A stretch of DNA of 64,000 bases from an uncultured Phycisphaerales bacterium (GTDB taxonomy: Bacteria > Planctomycetota > Phycisphaerae > Tepidisphaerales > Tepidisphaeraceae): NCBI GenBank assembly GCA_963758525.1, contig CAVWVQ010000003.1:1056001-1120000 (forward strand), written 5' to 3'. Positions 20,105 to 30,044 of the stretch are shown here, one piece after another (positions within the stretch are counted from its first letter, which is position 1; every line of letters begins with the position of its first letter). A program made the position numbers and the translations under genes. The notes under the pieces were generated by a model that worked only from the letters and a program-made list of their open reading frames with translations, ran no database searches and was not told the origin of the DNA.

Positions 20105-21016
20105 ATGAACTCTGATCAAACCCGCGAGATCCTGAAGAAGGTTCGCCAGATTGCAATTCGCACCAACCGGCTCGTCACCGATTCGATGGCCGGCGAATAC
20201 CATTCGGTCTTTCGTGGCCGGGGCATGGACTTCGACGAAGTCCGGGAGTACGTCCCCGGCGACGAGGTGCGGACGATTGACTGGAATGTGACGGCTCGCG
20301 CCGGTCGGCCATTCGTAAAGAAATTCACCGAGGAACGCGAGCTGACGATTCTGCTGCTGGTGGACCTCAGCGCCTCCGGCAACTTCGGATCGACGCATCA
20401 GAGCAAGCGCGAGCTGGCCGCGGAGCTGGCGAGCGTTCTTGCCTTCTCCGCCATCCGCAATGGCGACAAGGTCGGGTTGATCCTCTTCACCGACCAGATC
20501 GAGCAATTCATTCCCCCCAAAAAAGGCCGCCGTCACGTTTTGCGTGTGATACGCGAAATTCTCTACTTTCAGCCGCAGCAACGCGGCACGAACGTGGCGC
20601 AAGCGTTGGACTTTGCGAACAGTGTCACGTCGCGCCGCGCGGTGGTGTTTCTGATTTCCGATTTTCAATCCAGCGGGAATCAGCGCGCCGCGTTAAGCGT
20701 GCTTCGGCGTGCGATGCGACAGACGCGTCAACGGCACGATCTGGTGGCAGTGCGGATCCAAGACCCGCACGAAGCCAGGCTGCCCGAGGTCGGGCTGCTC
20801 GCCATGGAGGACGCCGAGACGGGGGAACTGATCGAACTCGACACGCTGAATCCGCAGGTCCGGGCGCAGTTTCAACTGGACGCTCAGGAACGTCTCACTG
20901 AACTGCGGCGGACCTTCAACGGCGAGGCGGTTGACTCGCTGGAACTGATCGCGGGTGAACCGTATGTGCCAGCGCTCAAGCGATTCTTCGAAACCCGCGC
21001 AGGGAGACAACAATGA
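20105..21016 (+). CDS. DUF58 domain protein
   Basis: GRGMDFDEVREYVPGDEVRTIDWNVTAR, EEREL, FLISDF. Confidence 0.95.
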   Translation: MNSDQTREILKKVRQIAIRTNRLVTDSMAGEYHSVFRGRGMDFDEVREYVPGDEVRTIDWNVTARAGRPFVKKFTEERELTILLLVDLSASGNFGSTHQSKRELAAELASVLAFSAIRNGDKVGLILFTDQIEQFIPPKKGRRHVLRVIREILYFQPQQRGTNVAQALDFANSVTSRRAVVFLISDFQSSGNQRAALSVLRRAMRQTRQRHDLVAVRIQDPHEARLPEVGLLAMEDAETGELIELDTLNPQVRAQFQLDAQERLTELRRTFNGEAVDSLELIAGEPYVPALKRFFETRAGRQQ

Positions 21017-21719
21017 GACATGGGAAACCATTCAGGCGCGCGGCCAACAGGCTGGCGGCGATGATCGTGTTGCTGGGCATCAGCGGTGGACTGGCGCGGC
21101 GCAATCGCCGGCGCCGCCAGCCACTCCGGCAGTCCGGGCAACGGCGTCAAACCCGGCAGCCGCTGCTCAGGAAGACATCCGCGACATTCGGCCGCCGATT
21201 CACATTCCCTACGGCTGGCTGTGGGCTGCTTATGCCGCCGGCGGATTCGCGCTGGCCGGGCTGACCCTTGCGGCCTGGCGCTGGCATCAGCGGCATGGCC
21301 AATCGCGCCGCAGGCTTCTGTACGAATTGACCCTCGAGCAGCTCGAAGTGGTCCGCGCTCTCATGGAGCCGGGCAAGGGGTATCAGTTCTCCCTTGCCGT
21401 CTCGGAGATTGTCCGCAATTACATCGAGCGACGCTTCGGGGCGCGGGCAGCGCATCGGACTACGGAGGAGTTCCTCCACGACCTGTTAGACGAGTCCCAC
21501 GCCGCGATCTCGGTGCATCAGCCGTTGCTGGCGGATTTCCTGGAGCACTGCGACCTGGCCAAATTCGCGCGCTGGCACCTCTCTGTCCCGCAGATGGAGA
21601 CGATGTACCAAAGCGCCCGCACGTTTGTCATGGAAACTGGTAAACCCGCTGCCGCGGTGGTCGCCGCGACATCCGCGACGGCCCCCGAAGCACTCCTCAC
21701 CGAGCCGAGATCAATATGA
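21013..21719 (+). CDS. Bat-operon membrane protein (DUF4381-like), frameshift near 21095
   Basis: Signal-like N-terminus in one frame; DIRDIRPP..TTEEFL..DLAKFA in another. Confidence 0.75.
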
Positions 21720-22713
21720 TTCGCTTTCTCTATCCGCACCTGTTGTGGCTGCTCACGCTATTGCCGTTGCTCATGCTTTGGCGCGGTCGCCGGGGGCCGG
21801 TCGCGGCAGTCGAGTATTCCAATGCCGACCTGGCCCGCCAGGTGAAACGCGAAACGCGCAGCCGTGCCGGCCGCTGGTTGGTGGCACTCCCGCTCGGCGT
21901 GTCGGCGCTGCTGATCATCGGCCTGGCGCGGCCGCAGTTTGGCCGTCGCGACGCGACGGTGCGCGCCAGCGGCATCGACATGATGCTGGCGCTGGACGTG
22001 TCGGGCTCGATGCAGTCGCTGGATTTCAAGGTCGATGGGCAGCCGGTGAGCCGCGTCGATGTCGTCAAATCCGTCGTGGGCAAATTCATCGAGGCGCGCC
22101 CCGATGACCGGATTGGCATGATCGAGTTCGCGCATTCTCCGTATCTCGTCTGCCCGTTGACGCTCGATCACGACTGGCTGTTGCGAAATCTCGACCGCGT
22201 TCAGATCGGCGGCATCGATGACGGCACCGCGATCGGGTCGGGGATCGCCGCGTGCGTGAATCGTTTGCGCGATCAACCCGGGAAATCAAAAGTGGTTGTG
22301 CTGTTGACCGACGGCCAGAACAACTGCGGCAAAGTATCGCCTGTCATGGCCGCCGAAGCCGCCAAAGCGCTCGGCGTCAAAGTGTACACCATCGGCGCCG
22401 GCGTGCGCGGCGAAGCGCCCATGCCGGTCACCGATTCGGACGGCAACAAACGGATTGTCATGATCCAGACGGACGTGGACGAGAAGGCGCTGCAGGAAAT
22501 TGCCGCCGAGACGGGCGGGAAATTCTTCCGGGCTACGGACACGGCTTCGCTGAAGAACATCTATGGCGAGATCGATCGGCTCGAAAAGACCACGCACACG
22601 TTGAAGAAATTCGAAGCTCAGCGCGAGCTGTTCCCGTGGCGCTGGTGCCCGCGCTCTGTCTGCTCGGCGCGAGCATCGCCCTGACACAGACCCGATTCCG
22701 CAGGCTGCCATAA
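21716..22713 (+). CDS. batA: BatA VWA protein, frameshift near 22635
   Basis: LARPQ, LDVSGSM, GTAIGSG, LLTDGQNN; terminal TM and FRRLP in the alternate frame. Confidence 0.88.
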
Positions 22714-22745
22714 ACAAGCACGCAAAACACAACCCTGGTGACATT

Positions 22746-24869
22746 ATGAACTTTGCCCAACCTCTCTGGCTCATCGCGGGTCTCGCCGCCTGCACCTTTC
22801 TCTGGTGGCGGTATCGCCGGTTCGACCGGAAACAACACGTGGCACTGACCACGTTTGTCTCCCCGCACTTGCTCGACCAACTGGCGCACTCGGTATCGTC
22901 AGGACGCCGGACGCTGAAACATGCGCTGGTCATCGGAGGCGTCGCCTGCACGTTCATCGCGCTGGCGCGGCCGCAGGCGGGTTATCGCTGGGAAGAAACG
23001 CACCGCAAAGGCCTCGACATCATGTTCGCCGTCGATACGTCCAGGAGCATGCTCACGCAGGACGTGAAGCCCGACCGGCTGACGCGCGCCAAGATGGCCG
23101 TCGACGACCTCGTCAACAAACTGGACGGCGATGACGTGGGCCTGATCGCGTTCGCCGGCGACGCTTTCCTGCAAAGCCCGATGACCCTGGACTATGACGC
23201 CTTCCGAGAATCACTCGACGCGCTCGACACTTCCACCATCCCGCGCGGCGGCACCGACATCGCCCGCGCCATCGGCGAAGCCCAGGCGGCGTTCCAGACA
23301 GAAAACGATCACGACAAAATCCTCGTGCTGGTCACCGATGGCGAAGATCTCCAAGGCAGCGGCATCACCGCCGCCGAGGCCGCGGCGAAGAATGGCGTGA
23401 AGATCTTCACCGTTGGCGTCGGCACCACGGCTGGCGAGCTGATTCCCGCGCCGGCCGAAAACGGCGGGACGGAGTTCCTCAGAGATGCATCCGGCCAGTT
23501 CGTGAAATCGAGGCTCGATGAAACAATGCTCAAGAAAATCGCCGCGGTGACCGGCGGAATGTACCAGCCGCTCGGCCAGCGGGGCGAGGGATTGACGACG
23601 ATTTACAATCAGGGGCTCGCGCCCTTCCAGCGACACGATCTCGCGTCGCGTCAGCACCGCGTTCCTCTCGAACGGTTCCAGTGGCCATTGGCCGCGGCAT
23701 TGTGCTGCTTCCTGGCCGAGTTCCTCATCGGCACACGCAAACGAGTGCGGCGCGCTGCGGCGGCACCGGCGTCGGGCAAAGCGGCTCGCTTCGCCCAACG
23801 CCGACCAAAACTCGCCGTGTCGGCTGCGGCTGCCGCGCTGGCTCTGACAATCTTCGCATGGCCGGGTTTTGTGCAGGCGTCGCCACAGAGCGCGGAAAAG
23901 GCGTATCAGAAGGGGGACTTTGCTGCGGCGGAGCAGCAATACCAGGCTGCGGCTGTAAAGGCGCCGAGCAATGCGGAGTTGGAATTCAACATCGGATCGG
24001 CCGCTTACAAGGCAGCGAGTTTCGACAAGGCCGCCGAAGCGTTTCAGAAGAGCCTGAAGACGGATCAGGTCAATCTTCAGCAGAGCACGTACTACAACCT
24101 CGGCAATACCCAGTACCGCCAGGGCCAGCAGACGGAGAAGACCAATCCGCAACAAACCATGACGAGCTGGCAGCAGGCGATCCAGTCATACGAAGCCGCG
24201 CTGCAACTCAAACCTGATGACGCCGATGCTCGCTACAACCGCGACCTCGTGAAGAGGAAGCTCGAAAAACTGCAACAACAACAACAGCAGCAGCAGAGCA
24301 AAGACAACAAGGACCAAAAGGATAAGGACCAAAAGAACCAGGATCAGAAAAACCAGGGTCAGGCGAAACAAGATCAGGAGAATCCAGATCAGAAGGGCCA
24401 GGATCAGAAGAATCAGGACCAGGCGAAGCAGAATCAGAAAGGTCAAGGCCAGCAGAGCCAAGGCCAGGCGAAACAAGAGCAGAAGGGCCAGGACCAGAAG
24501 AATCAGGGTCAAGCAAAGCAGGACCAGAAGAGTCAGGATCAGAAGAATCAAGGGCAACAGCAACAGGCGGGCGCCCAGCCGCAGCAACCGAAGCCGGATG
24601 CGGGCAAGGATCAATCCGGTCAGCAAGCCAGGGCCGGCCAGCAACCCCAGTCGCCTAAGCCGAACGGACAGGATCAGGCCAGTGCTGAACCGAAGAAACC
24701 CAGTTCAGACGCATCAGCCGACGCCCAGCCTGTTCCCGGTCAGATGACCCGCGAAGAAGCCAAGGCCCTGCTCAACTCGCTGAAGGGGGACGAACACCGG
24801 TTGCCCGCCGCGCCGCTCGGCCGCAACGAGTCAAAGGACGACAGCGCACCGCCTTTGAAAGATTGGTAA
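22746..24869 (+). CDS. BatB-BatC fusion (VWA + TPR + Q/K/D/N-rich linker)
   Basis: VDTSRSM..DVKPDRL, VTDGED, YNLGN TPRs, ends KDW. Confidence 0.88.
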   Translation: MNFAQPLWLIAGLAACTFLWWRYRRFDRKQHVALTTFVSPHLLDQLAHSVSSGRRTLKHALVIGGVACTFIALARPQAGYRWEETHRKGLDIMFAVDTSRSMLTQDVKPDRLTRAKMAVDDLVNKLDGDDVGLIAFAGDAFLQSPMTLDYDAFRESLDALDTSTIPRGGTDIARAIGEAQAAFQTENDHDKILVLVTDGEDLQGSGITAAEAAAKNGVKIFTVGVGTTAGELIPAPAENGGTEFLRDASGQFVKSRLDETMLKKIAAVTGGMYQPLGQRGEGLTTIYNQGLAPFQRHDLASRQHRVPLERFQWPLAAALCCFLAEFLIGTRKRVRRAAAAPASGKAARFAQRRPKLAVSAAAAALALTIFAWPGFVQASPQSAEKAYQKGDFAAAEQQYQAAAVKAPSNAELEFNIGSAAYKAASFDKAAEAFQKSLKTDQVNLQQSTYYNLGNTQYRQGQQTEKTNPQQTMTSWQQAIQSYEAALQLKPDDADARYNRDLVKRKLEKLQQQQQQQQSKDNKDQKDKDQKNQDQKNQGQAKQDQENPDQKGQDQKNQDQAKQNQKGQGQQSQGQAKQEQKGQDQKNQGQAKQDQKSQDQKNQGQQQQAGAQPQQPKPDAGKDQSGQQARAGQQPQSPKPNGQDQASAEPKKPSSDASADAQPVPGQMTREEAKALLNSLKGDEHRLPAAPLGRNESKDDSAPPLKDW
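24272..24570 (+). repeat. Coding low-complexity repeat (polyQ, DQKNQ/GQAKQ pentapeptides)
   Basis: Recurrent caggatcagaagaat-like 15-mers. Confidence 0.8.
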
Positions 24870-24871
24870 CC

Positions 24872-26722
24872 ATGAACGCCACACTCACTCGCACTCTCCA
24901 ATGCATCGCAGCGTTCGCGGTGATGACCGCGTTCGCTCTTCCGGCCCTGGCCGCGAACCCGCCCGTTAGCGCCACGCTCGAGCCGTCGCATGTGGCGGTC
25001 GGCGAATCCGCACAGCTGACGGTCACCATGAGCGGCGCGACTGCCGATGAACCCGCACTCCCTCATGTGGATGGACTGGAGTTTACTCCGATGGGGCAAA
25101 CGAGCGAGACACAGTCCATCAACGGCGTCGTCACCGCCAGCAGCAGCTACACGTATCTGGTCACCGCCAACCGCGCGGGGCGATTTACGATTCCCTCGAT
25201 AAAGATCGGTCAGGGGAGCGCCGCCGAGACCACTCAGCCGATCGTCTTGCAAGTCACGGGGGCAGGCTCGGCCACCGCGCCGCACGCGGGTCGCCACGCG
25301 CTGCCGGCACTTCCGTCCCCCAACGTTCCGGGCGGCGAGGATGATCGTGCCGTTTCCGCCGAAGGACAACAGGCCTTTCTGCATCTCGTGATGCCCAAAC
25401 GCCATTTGCACGTTGGCGAACTCTTGCCGGTGCAGATCAAGGCGTACTTCCGCGACGGTTTGCAAGCCACGATCAATGGCTTGCCCTCGCTCAGCAGCGA
25501 CGCGTTCACCTTGAACTCGCTCGGTGACAAGCCCGCCCAGACAGAGGAGGAGATTGACGGTCAGCAATACGCTGTGCTGACCTGGACCACGGCTCTTTCC
25601 GCCGTAAAAGCGGGCGATTACTCGCTGAAACTGGAGATGCCTGTGCTATTGACTGTCAGGCAGAAGGCGAGCAGGCCGCGCGATCCATTTGGCGATTCGT
25701 TATTTGATGATTCGTTCTTCGACAACTTCTTCGGGAACACCGTCCAGAAACAGATGAACTTGACCAGCGAGGCGGACACCGTAAGTGTCCACTCGCTGCC
25801 CTTAGCCAATCGGCCCGCCGATTTCAGCGGCGCGGTGGGGCAATTTACCGTCGCGGCTGAAGCGAGCCCCGACCACGTGAGCGCCGGCGACCCGATCACA
25901 CTGCGCCTGACCGTCGCCGGCCGGGGAAATTTCGATCGGGTTTCCTCGGACTTGCTCCGCAATTCATCCGGCTGGAAAACGTACAAGCCCGTCGCACGAT
26001 TTGCGCCAGCCGACAGCGTTGGCTCCGAAGGAAGTAAAACGTTTGAGCAGGCGGTCGTGCCGTTGCAAGCGGGCCAGATCCAGATCCCGCCGCTGAGCTT
26101 CAGTTATTTCGATCCGGAAACGGCCAGGTATGTGAAACGCACCACCGCGCCCATTGCGATCGAGGTCGCGCAGGTCGCGAACGCGTCGGCCGCCGCACCA
26201 TCTGCCGCGGCGCCCGCCAGCCTGGTGCAATCAGAGTTCTCACCCAATCGCGTTGAACCGGGAGTGTTTACTCCCACGCTTCGGCCGCTGTTTTTGCAGA
26301 CGTGGTTTCTCGTCGCCAACCTCCTGGCCTGGTGCGGCCTGGCGACCGTCTTCTACCTTCTCCGCCGCCGCGCCCGGCTCGCGGCCAATCCTCACCTCGT
26401 TTGCGCGCGGCGGGCCGACCGTGCGATCCACGAGCAACTTGCGGTGATGGAATCAGCGATCCAGCACGCCCAGACCAACGTGTTCTTCGCTGCCGCCCGC
26501 CGCGCGTTGCAGCAGCGGCTTGGCGAACGGTGGGGGTTGCCCCCGGAAGCGATCACGCTGACCGAAATCAACGCACGCCTCAACGGTGAGGCCGACGGCA
26601 TCCGTCCCGTTTTCCAAATGGCCGACCAGGTTGCGTACAGCCATGAGAGTCTCCCCGCCGGCGACCTCGCGGGCTGGAAGCGCATCCTCACGGAACAACT
26701 CAAGCAACTGGAGAGTCTATGA
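24872..26722 (+). CDS. batD: BatD-family protein
   Basis: SINGVV, FSGAVGQF, FSYFDPET; operon position. Confidence 0.88.
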   Translation: MNATLTRTLQCIAAFAVMTAFALPALAANPPVSATLEPSHVAVGESAQLTVTMSGATADEPALPHVDGLEFTPMGQTSETQSINGVVTASSSYTYLVTANRAGRFTIPSIKIGQGSAAETTQPIVLQVTGAGSATAPHAGRHALPALPSPNVPGGEDDRAVSAEGQQAFLHLVMPKRHLHVGELLPVQIKAYFRDGLQATINGLPSLSSDAFTLNSLGDKPAQTEEEIDGQQYAVLTWTTALSAVKAGDYSLKLEMPVLLTVRQKASRPRDPFGDSLFDDSFFDNFFGNTVQKQMNLTSEADTVSVHSLPLANRPADFSGAVGQFTVAAEASPDHVSAGDPITLRLTVAGRGNFDRVSSDLLRNSSGWKTYKPVARFAPADSVGSEGSKTFEQAVVPLQAGQIQIPPLSFSYFDPETARYVKRTTAPIAIEVAQVANASAAAPSAAAPASLVQSEFSPNRVEPGVFTPTLRPLFLQTWFLVANLLAWCGLATVFYLLRRRARLAANPHLVCARRADRAIHEQLAVMESAIQHAQTNVFFAAARRALQQRLGERWGLPPEAITLTEINARLNGEADGIRPVFQMADQVAYSHESLPAGDLAGWKRILTEQLKQLESL

Positions 26723-27486
26723 AGCTCCCAACAATCATGGTGCCCTTGCTTGCGATGCTCATCGCCAGTTCGGCGGCGCGCGCAACGGAACAGCAAACGG
26801 CCTTTGAACAAGCCAACACGGCCTTCGCCCAGAAAGACTACGGCCGTGCAGCGAACGACTACCAGGCCATCATCACGCGGCAGGGATTCTCCGCGCCAGT
26901 GTTGTTCAATCTTGCCAACGCCTACTATCAGGACGGCAAGATCGGTCTGGCAATTCTGAACTACGAGCGCGCCCAGCTTCTCGCGCCGAACGACGCCGAC
27001 ATCGCCTTCAATCTCCATCTTGCCCGCGCCAAAGTTGGTCTGGCGGATCGTCCCGCGGCGTGGTTCGACCGTGCGGCGCGTTTTCTCACTCTTAACGCAT
27101 TGTCCTGGCTCGCTGCTTTCGCCGTGCTGTTCATCGCCGCCGGGATTGCGGCGCAGCAGTTCACCAGCCGCCGTCGGTTCGCCTGTGCGCAGGGGATGAC
27201 GGCAGCGGCTTGCGTGTTGCTGGCAACGGTCTTGGCCGTGGGCATCCGGTGGTCGGACCTGCGCAAGGCGATCGTCATCGTGAAGAACACGCCGGTATAC
27301 ATTTCACCGGTCACGGTCGCCCAGCCTTTGTACACATTGGCCGAGGGCCAGACGGTCGTGCTGGGCCAGGCGCACGGCGAATTCATGCTCGTCGAAACCA
27401 GTGACGGCCATCGCGGCTGGGTAAAACGCGCGGATATCAGCCGCCTCATCCCCGGGACGCACGAAGCGCAGATTGCGTCGACGTGA
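26719..27486 (+). CDS. batE: BatE-like TPR + SH3 protein
   Basis: FNLANAYY..AILNYERA..DIAFNL; GWV. Confidence 0.85.
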   Translation: MKLPTIMVPLLAMLIASSAARATEQQTAFEQANTAFAQKDYGRAANDYQAIITRQGFSAPVLFNLANAYYQDGKIGLAILNYERAQLLAPNDADIAFNLHLARAKVGLADRPAAWFDRAARFLTLNALSWLAAFAVLFIAAGIAAQQFTSRRRFACAQGMTAAACVLLATVLAVGIRWSDLRKAIVIVKNTPVYISPVTVAQPLYTLAEGQTVVLGQAHGEFMLVETSDGHRGWVKRADISRLIPGTHEAQIAST

Positions 27487-27583
27487 TGTCCCGTTCCGGC
27501 GACGCTGGTTCTGGAATACTTTTCACGCGGCAGTCCTGCGTGTCGTTGTTTGTGCAGCTCGAGTGATCTCTGATAATGGGCAT

Positions 27584-28252
27584 ATGCGCATTCTGGTGGT
27601 TGAGGACGATCCGCAAATCGCGTCATTTGTCGCGAAGGGACTGAAGCAGAGCGGCTACGCGGTTGACCAGTGCGGCGATGGAGACGAGGCGTTGGCGCTG
27701 GCCAAGACCACGGACTACGACGCGGCCGTCGTGGACATCATGCTGCCGAAGCTCGATGGCCTGAGTCTCGTGCAACGACTGCGACGCCAAAACAATTGTG
27801 TTCCCGTGCTCTTTCTCAGCGCCAAAGCGTCGGTGGACGACCGCGTGCGCGGATTACAGGCCGGCGGGGATGATTATCTCACCAAGCCCTTTGCGTTGTC
27901 GGAAATGCTGGCGCGGGTGCAGGCATTGATCCGACGCGCCACGCAGGTTGCCGAGCCGTCCAGGCTCACTGCAGGCGATCTGGTGCTGGATCTGCTGTCG
28001 CGGTCGGTGACGCGCGCACTCGAGACGATCGAACTGCAGCCGCGTGAGTTCGCGTTGCTCGAATACCTCATGCGCAACGCGGGGCGTCCGGTGACGAAGG
28101 CAATGATCCTTGAACATGTCTGGGATTACAGTTTCGATCCTCAAACCAACGTCGTCGACGTGCTCGTGCATCGGCTGCGCGGAAAGATCGATCCTGACAA
28201 AACCCGGCTGCACACTATTCGCGGGGTGGGGTATGTCCTCCGACCTGCTTAG
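27584..28252 (+). CDS. OmpR-family response regulator (CusR/CzcR-like)
   Basis: MRILVVEDD, DIMLP, DDYLTKPF, TNVVDV, TIRGVGY. Confidence 0.95.
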   Translation: MRILVVEDDPQIASFVAKGLKQSGYAVDQCGDGDEALALAKTTDYDAAVVDIMLPKLDGLSLVQRLRRQNNCVPVLFLSAKASVDDRVRGLQAGGDDYLTKPFALSEMLARVQALIRRATQVAEPSRLTAGDLVLDLLSRSVTRALETIELQPREFALLEYLMRNAGRPVTKAMILEHVWDYSFDPQTNVVDVLVHRLRGKIDPDKTRLHTIRGVGYVLRPA

Positions 28253-29645
28253 GAGTCTGGCACGCTCAGCCGCCGTGCGACTCAGCCTGTGGTTCGCTGT
28301 CATCTTTATCTTCAGCGTCGCGGGCTTGTTTGGGCTGCTCTACTATTTGCTCTCCGCCACCATCGATCGCGCCGATCGTGCCGTGCTCCAATCGTATCTC
28401 AAGGACTATGCCGACGTTTACCAGTCGCAGGGTCTGGGCGCGTTGCGTGACCGCATTTACGAGCAAAATGCACCACCCGCCGAAAAGTCGTTATTCGTGC
28501 GGCTCGCCAGCGCGCAAAACGACCTTACGTTCGCCAAAGTGCCCGATGACTGGATCAGCTTTGGGCAGGTTGACCCGGGGTTGGAGGGCTACCGGCAAGG
28601 CGCACGCATCATGCGAATCCCGCGTGATGCCGAGCGGGACTTTCTCCTGGATTCCGCGGTGCTGCCAGACGGTTCGCTGATTCAGGTTGGACGCAGCACC
28701 AACAATCGCGAGGTCTTGCTTGATCCGTTACGACACACGTTTCTCGTCGTGGGCACTGTCGTAGTGGTGTTGGGTCTTATAGCGGGGGCGGTCTTTGCCC
28801 ATCACACGATGTTGCCGGTTCGTCAAATTGTGGCTACCGCCCGTTCGATCATCCTGACCGGAAAACTCGACGCCCGCGTTCCGGGCCGATCCTCCCATGA
28901 CGAACTGGCCGAGATGGTCCAGCTCTTCAACCGGGTTCTCGACAAAAACCAATCGCTCATTGGGGCAATGCGCGAGTCGCTCGACAACGTCGCGCACGAT
29001 CTGCGGACGCCGTTGACGCGCCTCCGCGGCACGGCGGAACTGGCGCTGCAGGACAAGACCGATCCCTCCGCGGCGGACGAGGCGTTGGCCGGCTGCGTGG
29101 AAGAGGCCGAGCGTGTGCTGAGCATTCTCAACACGTTGATGGACATCACCGAGGCCGAGAACGGGATGATGAAACTCCAGCAAGAATCGCTGGATCTGCG
29201 TCTCATCATCCGCGAGGTTGTCGAGCTCTATCAGTACGTGGCGGAGGAAAAAAAAGTCTCCGTTCACACCGATCTGGACGAACCTTGCGTCGCCTCCGTC
29301 GATCGCAATCGTCTGCGCCAAGTCTTCGGCAACCTGCTCGATAATGCCATCAAGTACACCGATGCCGGCGGATCGGTCGCCATCTACGCGCGCACCGAGA
29401 ACGGCGCCGCGGTGGTCAGCTTCCACGACACCGGCTGCGGCATTCCCGCCGACGAGACGAGCAAAATATGGGCGAGGCTCTATCGCGGCGACAAAAGCCG
29501 GTCCCAACGCGGACTGGGGCTCGGGCTGAGCCTGATCAAGGCAGTCGTCGAGGCGCACCAAGGCCAAGTCTTCGTCACCAGTACAGTCGGCGAAGGCTCG
29601 GAGTTTACCGTAACCCTCCCCATTGCCACGGTTGCCCAGCGTTGA
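28233..29645 (+). CDS. HAMP sensor histidine kinase
   Basis: AHDLRTPL, NLLDNAIKY, DTGCGI, GLGLGL. Confidence 0.95.
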   Translation: MSSDLLRSLARSAAVRLSLWFAVIFIFSVAGLFGLLYYLLSATIDRADRAVLQSYLKDYADVYQSQGLGALRDRIYEQNAPPAEKSLFVRLASAQNDLTFAKVPDDWISFGQVDPGLEGYRQGARIMRIPRDAERDFLLDSAVLPDGSLIQVGRSTNNREVLLDPLRHTFLVVGTVVVVLGLIAGAVFAHHTMLPVRQIVATARSIILTGKLDARVPGRSSHDELAEMVQLFNRVLDKNQSLIGAMRESLDNVAHDLRTPLTRLRGTAELALQDKTDPSAADEALAGCVEEAERVLSILNTLMDITEAENGMMKLQQESLDLRLIIREVVELYQYVAEEKKVSVHTDLDEPCVASVDRNRLRQVFGNLLDNAIKYTDAGGSVAIYARTENGAAVVSFHDTGCGIPADETSKIWARLYRGDKSRSQRGLGLGLSLIKAVVEAHQGQVFVTSTVGEGSEFTVTLPIATVAQR

Positions 29646-29755
29646 GCTGGTGCGAGACGGTAGGGTCGTCCACCAATTCGAATTAGCAACGGCCGTAGCT
29701 CCTCAACGTGCATCCATGAGCGACAAGTGACGATCGGCCTTACTCGTCCGCGGGA

Positions 29756-29803
29756 AAGAAAGGAGGTTCATAAGCCAATCCTTTAAAGAGGTCTACCCCC
29801 CTT
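29756..29803. repeat. Isolated RAYT-1-type end motif (possible mini-element)
   Basis: aagaaaggaggttcataagcc vs aagaaagggggtcataagcc at 6073; followed by ggtctacccccctt. Confidence 0.6.
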
Positions 29804-30044
29804 CTCGAAGTTTTACCGAGGACCGTTTGGTTGGCCCGTAATTCACGCCGTATTCCTGAAATTTACGCCCCGCTCGCGCATCATATGCGGTAGAGGAAGA
29901 TGGAGTGATTGCAAGTTGATGATGGCAAGTGTCCTGTATTTAGGTCTCGCTGGGAACGATTGCTTGTCGAGCAGCCCACGCAAATTTGCAACATTTTGCG
30001 GACAGCCTTCCGCTCGCGGAGAATTCCTGCACCGAGGTGAGAAC

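Noticed and set aside
24272..24570. Repeat as mobile or regulatory array
   Set aside because: Ordinary coding Q-rich linker of BatC-type proteins
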